Position numbers and translations under genes: made by a program | Assembly: GCF_037443965.1 (NCBI RefSeq) | Contig: NZ_JBBINI010000014.1 | Span: forward strand, 6,431-70,430 | Direction of reading: 5' to 3' | DNA length: 64,000 nucleotides | Origin: Meiothermus sp. | Lineage (GTDB): Bacteria > Deinococcota > Deinococci > Deinococcales > Thermaceae | The notes under the pieces: generated by a model | The model's input: only the letters and a program-made list of their open reading frames with translations | Database searches by the model: none | Told to the model about the DNA's origin: nothing | In this document: in pieces, positions 38,857-48,019 of the stretch | Position numbering within the stretch: position 1 is the first letter of the stretch | Layout: the number at the start of each line of letters is the position of its first letter

Positions 38857-39141
38857 TCACTTTGAGCGCCTCCGGCTGCCCGCAAAGACCCCGCCCGAGA
38901 ATCCGCTGATGCCCAGCATGAAGCCGAAGTCATACCACAGACCGGCGTTGGGGTAGGCGTAGATCCGCAGGTCGTTGGGGAAGAGACTGATGATGAAGGT
39001 GATGGGGGCGATGAAGCCGTGCCACAGCCCTAGCCAGAATCCGGGGCCACCCGGCTGCGGGGGCGTGGACTGGGTGGCGGTGCAGGCGACCAACAGCAAC
39101 ACTATCAGCCCGTACAACAAGATTTGTCGGGTTTTATGCAT
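38857..39141 (-). CDS. Small lipoprotein/membrane protein
   Basis: Lipobox LLVAC, GFW.GLWHG, WYDFGF. Confidence 0.75.
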   Translation of the reverse strand: MHKTRQILLYGLIVLLLVACTATQSTPPQPGGPGFWLGLWHGFIAPITFIISLFPNDLRIYAYPNAGLWYDFGFMLGISGFSGGVFAGSRRRSK

Positions 39142-39253
39142 ATTTCCCTCCTTTGCTACTCGAGCGCAATCACGATCCGCTCGTTCTTAGCGTGCTCCTC
39201 AATCTCGACCAGAGTGCCCTGCATGTCAGGCCGCTCGGCTCCATTTGCACCCC

Positions 39254-40429
39254 CTATGGCTGGGTTTCTTCGATATCGTCGGTCTGGGGCGCTGGTTGCT
39301 TGCTGGTGTGGGCCACTCGAGCGAAGATGCTCCCCACCTCCCACTCGGCACTGGCGGCTTCGTTGAGCCAGGCGGCGACCTGGTTGGCCTCGGCCTGCGA
39401 ACGAAGGCCTTTCTGAATGGTTTTCTGTACCGAGCGGTACAGTTGAGCGGCCCGCTCGAGCAGGTTCGCCGCTTGCAAAATCCCCTCTTCTTCGGCGAAG
39501 TGTACTCGCAGGAAATCGGCATTATCGCGGCGGGTGTAAGCTGCCGAATCAAGGAATAAGCACATCTCCTGGGGGTTGATGCTGCGCCAGTGCTTCTGGA
39601 TTTGGGTGGCGGTCTGGGCGATGGCGTCGGCCCCCTGCTTGGGGCCGTATTTCTCGCCCCCCATCAAGAGCCGGGCGTTGCGCCGCCAGACCGGCTTGAG
39701 GTCGGACTGCGTGGGCCAAGGCTCGAAGAGCGCGAAGGCATAGCGCCAGGGCTGCTTGAAATGCCTGGACTGACTGAGGGCGGCCTCGAGCAGCTTCTCG
39801 TCCGAGACCCACAAGCCCTGTTCCCCTGGGGCACGGAAGCCGGGCTCGAGAGAACTTCCCTGCATCGCCACGGTTTCGTAGTAGTAGAAGCCGTTCTGAT
39901 CGTAGCCCACCAGCAAATTGCTATGCGGGATGAAACCTCTCACGCCATACAGCACAGCGTAGTCGAGCGGGACATGCAGCGGGTGACCTCTGGAGAGGTA
40001 GAAGCGCAGCGCCCGCAGATACAGCTTGGGGTCGCGGGTCACGTAGTAGTGGCGCACCAGCCCCAAGTAGGGCGCGGCTACCGCGTGGCCGGGCTCGGGG
40101 TCGGTAAAGGGCGAGAAACCGATTTTGGGTAGAGCGCTGGCCCCGTAGGTGAATCCCATCAGGAAATTGATCTCGTCCCTCGAAGCCGTTCTCCCTTGCT
40201 GATGCGTGATCATCTGTAAGGTGTTGGCTTGGCAGTAGGTCTCGCGGGTGGAGCACCAGGGTACATCTTGCAGATGGTGATCAGGAGGGAAATACCCCAG
40301 TTGAGATTCGCTGAGCTGGATAGGTGCGTAGTTCTTGGTGAAATACTGCCGAACAAACGAGCGTAGCAGCAGCCTCCAGCCGACCCACAGGCTCAAAACA
40401 GCCAAGAGCACAACCCATACCCACACCAT
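39254..40429 (-). CDS. BtrH N-terminal/DUF4872-like papain-fold protein with N-terminal TM anchor
   Basis: TYCQAN (Cys) and PHSNLLVGYD (His-x-LxGYD). Confidence 0.6.
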   Translation of the reverse strand: MVWVWVVLLAVLSLWVGWRLLLRSFVRQYFTKNYAPIQLSESQLGYFPPDHHLQDVPWCSTRETYCQANTLQMITHQQGRTASRDEINFLMGFTYGASALPKIGFSPFTDPEPGHAVAAPYLGLVRHYYVTRDPKLYLRALRFYLSRGHPLHVPLDYAVLYGVRGFIPHSNLLVGYDQNGFYYYETVAMQGSSLEPGFRAPGEQGLWVSDEKLLEAALSQSRHFKQPWRYAFALFEPWPTQSDLKPVWRRNARLLMGGEKYGPKQGADAIAQTATQIQKHWRSINPQEMCLFLDSAAYTRRDNADFLRVHFAEEEGILQAANLLERAAQLYRSVQKTIQKGLRSQAEANQVAAWLNEAASAEWEVGSIFARVAHTSKQPAPQTDDIEETQP

Positions 40430-40474
40430 AACGACCTCCTTGGACGGTCACCGGTTCCAGGATGGTGCCGGGCG

Positions 40475-40491
40475 ATTACCAGGACATTACC
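40475..40491 (-). promoter_or_regulatory. GGTAAY-N5-GGTAAY box 6
   Basis: GGTAAT GTCCT GGTAAT, 10 nt, CATCCT; upstream of 40429. Confidence 0.75.
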
Positions 40492-40600
40492 AGTCCATGC
40501 AATACCAGGTTCTGAACAGGGGTTGACCTATCATGCAGGGGCCCTTCAGTGTAAGCGGGCCGGGTGGTATGGCCTCCCAGAATCGCCCCATAATAAAACC

Positions 40601-41233
40601 ATGCTCCGTGATCTTCGAAGCGACTATACCTACGGAACCCTCAGCGAGCAGGAGGCCGACCCCAACCCCTTCCGGCAGCTCGAGCGCTGGCTGGCCGAGG
40701 CCCTCGAGACCCACCTCTACGAGCCCCACGGTATGACCCTCTCCACGGTGGGCCTGAACGGGCGGCCCAGCAGCCGGATGGTCTTGCTGCGGGGGCTGGA
40801 TGAAAGGGGGTTGGTGTTTTTCAGCAACTACCAAAGCCGCAAGGGACGGGAGCTCGAGGCCAACCCCTGGGCCTGTGCCAACTTCTGGTGGCCGCCCCTG
40901 GAACGCCAGGTGCGCGTCGAAGGGCAGGTCGAGAAGGTCGAGCCCGAGCTTTCCGATGCCTATTTCGCCAGCCGCCCCTACGACAGCCAGATTGGGTCGG
41001 CGGCCAGCCCGCAAAGCGAGGTGATTGCCAGCCGGGAGGCGCTCGAGCAGCGCATCGCAGAGCTCAAGGCCCGCTACCCCGAGACCGTGCCTCGCCCGGC
41101 CCACTGGGGAGGATACCGCCTGAAGCCCGACACCTTCGAGTTCTGGCAGGGTCGCCCCAGCCGCCTGCACGACCGGCTGGTCTACCGCCTCCAGCTCGAT
41201 GGGAAGTGGAACATAGATCGGCTGGCCCCCTGA
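40601..41233 (+). CDS. pdxH: Pyridoxamine 5'-phosphate oxidase
   Basis: PSSRMVLL, FSNYQSRKG, RQVRVEG, SQIGSAAS.QS, EFWQGRPSRLHDR. Confidence 0.95.
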   Translation: MLRDLRSDYTYGTLSEQEADPNPFRQLERWLAEALETHLYEPHGMTLSTVGLNGRPSSRMVLLRGLDERGLVFFSNYQSRKGRELEANPWACANFWWPPLERQVRVEGQVEKVEPELSDAYFASRPYDSQIGSAASPQSEVIASREALEQRIAELKARYPETVPRPAHWGGYRLKPDTFEFWQGRPSRLHDRLVYRLQLDGKWNIDRLAP

Positions 41234-41250
41234 AAGCGGTGCTCACGAGC

Positions 41251-41284
41251 GCTTGCTCCAGAGCTTGCTCCAGAGCTTGCTCCA
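41251..41284 (+). repeat. 12-bp tandem repeat (GCTTGCTCCAGA), about 3 copies
   Basis: Read directly just after the pdxH stop. Confidence 0.8.
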
Positions 41285-41453
41285 AGTGCCCTGCTAACTG
41301 GCAAAGGGTGTATGAGAAGCGTGATGAGACGAAACATTAAGGGTTATGTTATGTAAAAACAATAATAACACACATACAAATAGCCATTTGATTAATTTTG
41401 CAAGCCCTCATCTCACCATTTGATTTGCGCGTTCTGGATAGGATAAAGCCCGG

Positions 41454-42269
41454 ATGCCAGACACAGAAAAAGCCACCCTGTACTACCAGAACAAAACCAT
41501 CCGCTATACCATCCGCCGCAGTGCCCGCCGCCGGACGGTGGGAATTACTATTGATACGCAGGGGGTACGGGTTGCTGCACCTAGGCGTATGCCCCTCGAG
41601 CAAGTGATCGCTTTGGTCAACACCAAAGCCCGTTGGATCGCCGACAAACACACCGAGTTTAAGAGCCGCCTGGAGCCGCGCAAGCGCTTTGTGAGCGGGG
41701 AGGAGTTTCTGTATCTGGGCCGCCGGGTTAGCCTTCAGGTACAGTCCGAGGATTCGCCCCCTCGCCACCGGCGGGGTCGCAGCAAGCCCAACTCCTCGAT
41801 TCAGCCCGAGTTATTTGATTTCAACTTTTTGCCTACCAAACCCCGACCCAAAGCGGCAGTGGCCCTTAAGGGTAACGTGTTGCATGTACAGGCCGATGTT
41901 TCCTCAATGCAAGGTACTAAAGAGGTGCGCAAAATTCTGGAGGACTGGTACAAAGCCCGTGCCGAAGAAGTAATTGCCCGCCGGGTGCAACACCATGCCG
42001 ATCAACTGGGATGGCGCATGCCCAAGGTGCTGATCCGCAACCAAAAAAAGCGTTGGGGGAGTTGCAACGCCAAGGGTGAGTTGCGCTTCAACTGGCGGTT
42101 GGTGATGCTGCCCCTGTCGGTACTGGACTATGTGGTGGTGCACGAGATGGCACACCTCAAGGTTCTCAACCACAGCCCCCGCTTCTGGGCCCTGGTCGAG
42201 CAGATCATGCCCGACTACAGGGCGCGTCACCAGGCCCTGCACGAGTTGGGAATGGGTCTGTACTGGTAA
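41454..42269 (+). CDS. M48/SprT-like zinc metalloprotein (YgjP/DUF45)
   Basis: IRRSARR.T, RWGSC, LRFNWRL, YVVVHEMAH, NHSPRFW. Confidence 0.88.
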   Translation: MPDTEKATLYYQNKTIRYTIRRSARRRTVGITIDTQGVRVAAPRRMPLEQVIALVNTKARWIADKHTEFKSRLEPRKRFVSGEEFLYLGRRVSLQVQSEDSPPRHRRGRSKPNSSIQPELFDFNFLPTKPRPKAAVALKGNVLHVQADVSSMQGTKEVRKILEDWYKARAEEVIARRVQHHADQLGWRMPKVLIRNQKKRWGSCNAKGELRFNWRLVMLPLSVLDYVVVHEMAHLKVLNHSPRFWALVEQIMPDYRARHQALHELGMGLYW

Positions 42270-42292
42270 GTGTCTCCATAGTTGAAGTGTGA
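42266..42292 (+). repeat. 21-bp direct repeat, copy 2
   Basis: Same sequence as 38343-38363; includes the TAA stop. Confidence 0.85.
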
Positions 42293-42429
42293 TACCGTTT
42301 CCGCTTGAATCCTTCACCTTTGAGTGAAATCAAGGGTGAGGTTCCGAGCCGACCGAAGGGAGTAGGAGTGTATTCCGGCAGTATCGTTTAGACTTCTAAA
42401 GGTGAACGATGCTGCCGGAATGCGTATGA
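42290..42429 (+). repeat. ~140-bp palindromic non-coding repeat (Deinococcales SRE/MITE-like)
   Basis: Ends ATACCG..TTCCG / CGGAA..CGTAT; two internal hairpins around CCGACCGAAGGGAG; related to 56191-56264 and 49008-49064. Confidence 0.75.
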
Positions 42430-44474
42430 GACCTTCATATCCCCCCGCCCCCACCGCAAAGGTGGTCGAGGAACTGCACGGGGTGCAGATTCCCGACCCC
42501 TACCGCCCCCTCGAGGACCCCCAGGCCCCCCAGACCCGGGCCTGGATCGAGGCCCAGAACCGCCTGACCTTTGGCTACCTCGAGCGAATCCCTTTGCGGG
42601 AAACCCTCAGGCGGCGGCTCGAGGAACTCTGGAACTACCCCCGCGTGCTCAGTTTCTTTAAGCGTGGGGGCCGCTACTTTAGCCTGCGCAACGACGGCCT
42701 GCAGAACCAGAACGTGCTGTATGTGCAGGAACACCTGGAGGCCACCCCCCGCGTTCTGCTCGACCCCAACACCCTCTCCGAGGACGGCACGGTGGCCCTC
42801 AGCAACTATGCTATCAGCCGGGATGGGCGCTACCTGGCCTACGCCCTGAGCAAAAGCGGCTCGGACTGGCTCACCTGGAAGGTGCGCGAGGTGGAAACGG
42901 CCCAGGACCTGCCCGACGAGATCCGCTGGAGCAAGTTCAGCGGCGCGGCCTGGCTGCCCGATGGCAGCGGGTTCTTCTACAGCCGCTACGAACAACCCGC
43001 CGAGGGCACCGACCACACCGGGGCCAACTACTTCCAGAAGGTCTATCTGCACCGCTTGGGCACCCCCCAGCAGCAGGACGTGCTGGTCTACGAGCGGCCC
43101 GACCAGAAGGAGTGGGGTTTTCAGGCCTTCGTGACCCACGATGGGCGCTACGAGTGCCTGCACGTGTGGCGGGGCACCCACCGCGAGAACCTGTTTTTCT
43201 ACCGGCCCCATGGCTCGGAGGAGCCCTTTGTTGAGCTGGTGGGCGAGTTTGTGGCCTCGTTCGAGTTCATCCGCAACCAGGGCTCCCGCTTCTACTTCAA
43301 AACCAACCTGGAGGCCCCCCGGGGCCGGGTGGTGGTGGTGGATGTGGCCCAGGGGGGGCTGGAGACCCTGGAGACCCTGGTGCCCGAGGGCGAGGACCCC
43401 CTGAGCTTTGCAGAGCCCGCGGGGGACGGGCTGGTGCTGGGCTACCTGCACCACGCCAGCCACCGGCTGGAGCTGGTGGACCTCGAGGGCCGTTCCCGGG
43501 GCCGCCTGCCCTTGCCCACGCTGGGCATGGTGCCGCTGGTGGCCGGCGAGGAGGACGAACCCGAGCTTTTTTACGGCTTCACCTCCTTTTTGTACCCCCT
43601 CACCCTCTACCACCACCACCTGACCACTGGCCAGACCCGTCCCCTGTTCACACCGCCCTTGCAGTTCGACCCCAGCCTGTACGAAACCCACCAGGTGTTT
43701 GTGCCCAGCCGGGACGGTACCCGGGTACCCCTGTTCCTGGTGCACAAAAAGGGGCTCCAGCTCGACGGACAGAACCCCACCTTGCTGTACGGCTACGGGG
43801 GCTTCAACATCCCCATGACCCCCGCCTTCAACCCAGGGCGGCTGGTCTGGCTCGAGCAGGGTGGGGTGTTTGCCCAGGCCTGCCTGCGCGGGGGCGGCGA
43901 GTACGGCGAAGACTGGTACCGGGCCGGCGCTTTGGAGTACAAGCAGAACGTCTTCGACGACTTTATCGCCTGTGCCGAGTGGCTCATCGCCCAGGGCTAT
44001 GCAAAGCCCCAGCGGCTGGCCATCCAGGGGGGCTCCAACGGGGGGCTTTTGGTAGGCGTGGCCCTCACCCAGCGCCCGGAGCTGTTTGGGGTGGCGCTGC
44101 CGGCAGTGGGGGTGCTGGACATGCTGCGTTTCCACAAGTTCACCATCGGCTGGGCCTGGGTCTCGGATTACGGCTCGCCCGACAACCCCGAGCACTTCCG
44201 CTACCTGCGGGCCTACTCACCCCTGCACAACCTAAAGCCCGGCACCCACTACCCGGCCACCCTGATCACCACCGCCGACCACGACGACCGGGTGGTGCCC
44301 GCGCACTCCTTCAAGTTTGCGGCGGCCCTGCAGGCGGCCCAGGGCGGCCCGGCCCCCATCCTCATTCGCATCCAGACCAAGGCCGGGCATGGGCTGGGCA
44401 AGCCCACCCGCATGCTGATCGAAGAACAGGCCGACATCTACGTCTTTACCCTGCATCAGATGGGCCTGGCCTAG
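42426..44474 (+). CDS. Prolyl oligopeptidase (S9A)
   Basis: DPYRPLED, LLDPN, GGSNGGLL (Ser), TADHDDRV (Asp), AGHG (His). Confidence 0.95.
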   Translation: MRPSYPPAPTAKVVEELHGVQIPDPYRPLEDPQAPQTRAWIEAQNRLTFGYLERIPLRETLRRRLEELWNYPRVLSFFKRGGRYFSLRNDGLQNQNVLYVQEHLEATPRVLLDPNTLSEDGTVALSNYAISRDGRYLAYALSKSGSDWLTWKVREVETAQDLPDEIRWSKFSGAAWLPDGSGFFYSRYEQPAEGTDHTGANYFQKVYLHRLGTPQQQDVLVYERPDQKEWGFQAFVTHDGRYECLHVWRGTHRENLFFYRPHGSEEPFVELVGEFVASFEFIRNQGSRFYFKTNLEAPRGRVVVVDVAQGGLETLETLVPEGEDPLSFAEPAGDGLVLGYLHHASHRLELVDLEGRSRGRLPLPTLGMVPLVAGEEDEPELFYGFTSFLYPLTLYHHHLTTGQTRPLFTPPLQFDPSLYETHQVFVPSRDGTRVPLFLVHKKGLQLDGQNPTLLYGYGGFNIPMTPAFNPGRLVWLEQGGVFAQACLRGGGEYGEDWYRAGALEYKQNVFDDFIACAEWLIAQGYAKPQRLAIQGGSNGGLLVGVALTQRPELFGVALPAVGVLDMLRFHKFTIGWAWVSDYGSPDNPEHFRYLRAYSPLHNLKPGTHYPATLITTADHDDRVVPAHSFKFAAALQAAQGGPAPILIRIQTKAGHGLGKPTRMLIEEQADIYVFTLHQMGLA

Positions 44475-45117
44475 CCGAGGCGGCCTGCAGCAGGGCCAGT
44501 ACCTCCTCATCCGAGGTCTGGGGAAAATGCTCGTACCACAGGCCAACCGCCTGAAAGAAAGCCGGGGTTTCCAGGCAGACCACCTCATCTACCAGGGCTT
44601 GCAATTCCGCCACCGTGTCGGGCGGGGCCACCGGCACCGCCACCACCAGCCGGGCGGGATTATGCTGTCGGGCTGCGGCAATGGCGGCCTTCATGGTGGC
44701 CCCGGTGGCCAGCCCATCGTCCACCAGCAGAACGGTTCTGCCCTTCAGGTCGGGGAAAGGCCGGTTGCCGCGGTACAACCGCTCACGGCGCTGTAGCTCG
44801 GCTCGCTGCTGTTGCTCGACGGCGGCCAGGGTGTCGGCCGAAACCTGCAAACTGTCCACAATCTCCTGGTTGAGCACCCGCCCCCCGCCCGAGGCGATGG
44901 CCCCCATGGCCAGCTCCTCGTGGCCGGGGGTGCCCAGCTTGCGCACCACCCAGACCTCCAGGGGTGCGCCAAGCCGCCGGGCTACCTGAAAGGCCACCGG
45001 CACACCCCCTCGAGGTAAACCAAACACCAGCAGGTTGGGCTGCCGGTCGTAGCCCAGCGCCACCAGCCGCTCGGCCAGCAGCGCACCGGCCTGGTTGCGG
45101 TCTTTGAAGGGTTTCAT
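44446..45117 (-). CDS. Phosphoribosyltransferase (Rv0571c/Rv2030c N-domain-like)
   Basis: FKDRNQAG, GLPRGGVPVA, VRKLG.PGHEELAMGA, LVDDGLATG. Confidence 0.9.
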   Translation of the reverse strand: MKPFKDRNQAGALLAERLVALGYDRQPNLLVFGLPRGGVPVAFQVARRLGAPLEVWVVRKLGTPGHEELAMGAIASGGGRVLNQEIVDSLQVSADTLAAVEQQQRAELQRRERLYRGNRPFPDLKGRTVLLVDDGLATGATMKAAIAAARQHNPARLVVAVPVAPPDTVAELQALVDEVVCLETPAFFQAVGLWYEHFPQTSDEEVLALLQAASARPGPSDAG

Positions 45118-45122
45118 ATCAC

Positions 45123-45164
45123 CTCTGCGCGTGAGTGGCGCATAAAGCGCCACTCACTTGCCGC
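45123..45164. repeat. 42-bp REP-like hairpin repeat, copy 2
   Basis: Perfect 11-bp stem GTGAGTGGCGC-ATAAA-GCGCCACTCAC. Confidence 0.75.
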
Positions 45165-45280
45165 GCCACGAGGCGCGTCCGGGGGGTCTCTTCAGTTGTT
45201 TTTTGGTCGGTTATAAGCAGAATCGGTCTCATTGCGGCCTCCTTGGGATACCCTGTTCATTCATAACCTTACACACGGAC

Positions 45281-45297
45281 GTTACCAGAGGATTACA
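45281..45297 (-). promoter_or_regulatory. GGTAAY-N5-GGTAAY box 7
   Basis: TGTAAT CCTCT GGTAAC, 9 nt, TAAGGT; upstream of the PRTase. Confidence 0.65.
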
Positions 45298-45337
45298 CCC
45301 CGGATTCGCACTGCCCTAACGGGCTATACTGCTTCAG

Positions 45338-46330
45338 GTGAGCCAGATTCGGGCCGAACACCTCTCCAAGTTCTATCCGGTGGCCCTCAAAGAGCCCGGT
45401 TTTGTGGGCACCCTCCGGCACTTCCTCAAGCGCAGATACCGACAGGTCGAAGCGGTCAAAGACATCTCTTTCCAGATCGAGCCGGGGGAGGTGGTGGGCT
45501 TTCTGGGGCCCAACGGGGCCGGCAAAACCACCACCCTCAAGCTTCTCTCGGGCCTGATTCACCCCAGCGCGGGGCGGCTCGAGGTTGCCGGGCACCAGCC
45601 CTTCAAGCGGGAGCACGCCTTCTTGCGCCAAATTACCCTGGTGATGGGCAACAAGCAGCAGCTTATCTGGGATCTGCCGGCAGCCGATAGCTTCCGGGTC
45701 AACGCCGCGGTGTACGAGATTCCCGAGGGCGAGTTTAAGAAGCGGGTGGCCGAACTGAGCGAGATGCTCGCGCTCGAGGGCAAGCTGAACCAGCCGGTGC
45801 GCAAGCTCAGCCTGGGCGAGCGCATGAAGGCCGAGCTGCTGGCCGCCCTGCTGCACCGGCCCCAGGTTTTATTTCTGGACGAGCCCACGCTGGGGCTGGA
45901 CGTGAACGCCCAGGTGGCGGTGCGGGAGTTTTTGCTCGAGTACAACCGGCGCTACCGGGCCACCATACTGCTCACCAGCCACTACATGGCCGATATCACC
46001 GCGCTGTGCGAGCGGGTGTTGATGATTCACCAGGGCCGGCTCATCTACGACGGGGGGCTGGAGGGCTTACTCGGGCGCTTCGCTCCCTACCGCGAGGTGC
46101 ACATTCAGCTTGGCAAGCCCATCGAAAAAGACCGCCTGGAACAGTTTGGCGAGGTGCGGGCCTGGGAGGGGCTCGAGGCCCGGCTGCTGGTGCGGCGGGA
46201 AGACCTGGTCACCCGCGTGAGCCGGCTGCTCAACGAACTGCCCGTAGACGACCTGGAGGTGCGGGAGCCGGCCATCGAGGAGGTGATCGGACGGGTTTTT
46301 GCCGATACCCGGCTGGTGAGCGATGGCTAG
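45338..46330 (+). CDS. ABC-2 type exporter ATP-binding protein (no adjacent permease)
   Basis: GPNGAGKTT, LSLGERMK, FLDEPTLGLD, TSHYM. Confidence 0.9.
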   Translation: MSQIRAEHLSKFYPVALKEPGFVGTLRHFLKRRYRQVEAVKDISFQIEPGEVVGFLGPNGAGKTTTLKLLSGLIHPSAGRLEVAGHQPFKREHAFLRQITLVMGNKQQLIWDLPAADSFRVNAAVYEIPEGEFKKRVAELSEMLALEGKLNQPVRKLSLGERMKAELLAALLHRPQVLFLDEPTLGLDVNAQVAVREFLLEYNRRYRATILLTSHYMADITALCERVLMIHQGRLIYDGGLEGLLGRFAPYREVHIQLGKPIEKDRLEQFGEVRAWEGLEARLLVRREDLVTRVSRLLNELPVDDLEVREPAIEEVIGRVFADTRLVSDG

Positions 46331-46391
46331 GAGGCTCACCCCCCTGGGGCGTTGGCCCAGCCTTCGGGGTCTGGGTTAGTCTGGTGGTGCT

Positions 46392-47990
46392 ATGGAGCGC
46401 ACCCAACTGCTGGAGAAACTCGCCTCGGAAACCTTCGACGTGCTGGTGATTGGGGGTGGGGCGACCGGGGCCGGGGTGGCCCTGGAAGCGGCCAGCCGGG
46501 GCCTCAAAACCGCCCTGGTCGAACGCTACGACTTTGCCGAGGGCACCTCGAGCCGAAGTACCAAGCTGATTCACGGGGGGGTGCGCTACCTGGAAATAGC
46601 GGTCAAAACCTTCGACCGGGTGCAGCTCAATCTGGTACGGGACGCATTGCATGAACGATCCATCATGCTACGAAATGCGCCCCACCTCTCGCGCCCGCTG
46701 TGGCTTTTGACCCCGCTGTACAAGTTCTGGGAAGCGCCCTACTACTACACCGGACTAAAGCTATACGACCTCCTGGCAGGCAATGCCCGCTTGCAACCCG
46801 CCCAGTACATCAGCGCCAAAGGAACCCTCGAGCGTTTCCCTTCCGTTAATCCCAAAGGCCTCAAGGGTGCGGTGGCCTATCAGGACGGACAGTTCGACGA
46901 TGCCCGCTTCAATGTGGAACTGGCCCTGACCGCAGCGCAGCAGGGTGCAGTGGTGCTCAACAACCTGGAAGTAACCGGGTTGCTCAAACGAAACGGCAGA
47001 CTATCGGGCGCAGCCGTCAAAGACCGCCTGTCCGGGAAGGAAATCGAAGTTTCGGCCCAAGTGATAGTTAATACCACCGGCCCTTTTTCAGACAATATCC
47101 GGCGTATGGACGACCCCGAGGCCCCGCCTTTGCTCAAGGCCAGCTCGGGTATTCATATTGTGCTGGACAAAAAATACAGCCCTCCCAATACCGGCTTGTT
47201 GATCCCTAAAACCGAGGATGGGCGGGTGGTGTTTGTGTTGCCCTGGCTGGGGGGCACCTTGGTGGGTACCACCGACGACCCGGCCCCGATTGTGGATCAT
47301 CCCAGGGTGACGGAAGAAGAAATTGCCTACGTGTTGCGACAGGTGAGGCCCTACCTGGGGGATATCCCACGGGGGGCGGTGCGCGCAAGCTGGTCGGGCC
47401 TGCGCCCCCTGGTTTCGCGTCCCGATGCCGACACGGCCAAGCTGGCCCGTGACCACCTGATCCAGCAGAGCGCCTCGGGCCTCCTGACCCTGACCGGCGG
47501 CAAGTGGACCACCTACCGCAAAATGGCGCTGGACCTGGTGAACTACGCGGTCAAGAAATTTGGTTTGACCGCAGGTGAGTCGCGCACTGAGCAGATCCCG
47601 CTCCTGGGAGGGCAAGGTTTCAGCGCTGACGGGGCGAAAGAGCTCGAGCAACAGGGCTTTTCCCTCGATGAAGCCGAGCGCCTGCACCATGCCTATGGCG
47701 CCCGTGCCGCCGCCGTGGCTCAGATTGCCGCCGAGGGCTATGGGAATCGGCTGGCAGTGGAGTGGCCTATCCTCGAGGCCGAAGTGGTCTACGCGGTGCG
47801 CCACGAGATGGCCTGTACTCCCCTGGACGTGCTGGCCCGTCGTACCCGGCTGGCCTTTCTGGACACGCTGGCAGCGCTGGGTGCTCTGCCCAGGGTAGCG
47901 GAGTTGATGGGTCGGGAGCTTGGCTGGAACAGCGAACGCATCGCACTGGAAGCAGAAAAAGCCAAGGTGCAAATTCTGAGTGCAATTTGA
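46392..47990 (+). CDS. glpD: FAD-dependent glycerol-3-phosphate dehydrogenase/oxidase
   Basis: DVLVIGGGATG, GTSSRSTKLIHGGVRYL, GGKWTTYRKMA. Confidence 0.93.
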   Translation: MERTQLLEKLASETFDVLVIGGGATGAGVALEAASRGLKTALVERYDFAEGTSSRSTKLIHGGVRYLEIAVKTFDRVQLNLVRDALHERSIMLRNAPHLSRPLWLLTPLYKFWEAPYYYTGLKLYDLLAGNARLQPAQYISAKGTLERFPSVNPKGLKGAVAYQDGQFDDARFNVELALTAAQQGAVVLNNLEVTGLLKRNGRLSGAAVKDRLSGKEIEVSAQVIVNTTGPFSDNIRRMDDPEAPPLLKASSGIHIVLDKKYSPPNTGLLIPKTEDGRVVFVLPWLGGTLVGTTDDPAPIVDHPRVTEEEIAYVLRQVRPYLGDIPRGAVRASWSGLRPLVSRPDADTAKLARDHLIQQSASGLLTLTGGKWTTYRKMALDLVNYAVKKFGLTAGESRTEQIPLLGGQGFSADGAKELEQQGFSLDEAERLHHAYGARAAAVAQIAAEGYGNRLAVEWPILEAEVVYAVRHEMACTPLDVLARRTRLAFLDTLAALGALPRVAELMGRELGWNSERIALEAEKAKVQILSAI

Positions 47991-48019
47991 ATGATGCCCA
48001 CCTTTACAACGTGTGTGCC

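Noticed and set aside
41251-41284. 12-bp triple repeat as a functional element
   Set aside because: Intergenic, short and not seen elsewhere in the window; probably slippage.
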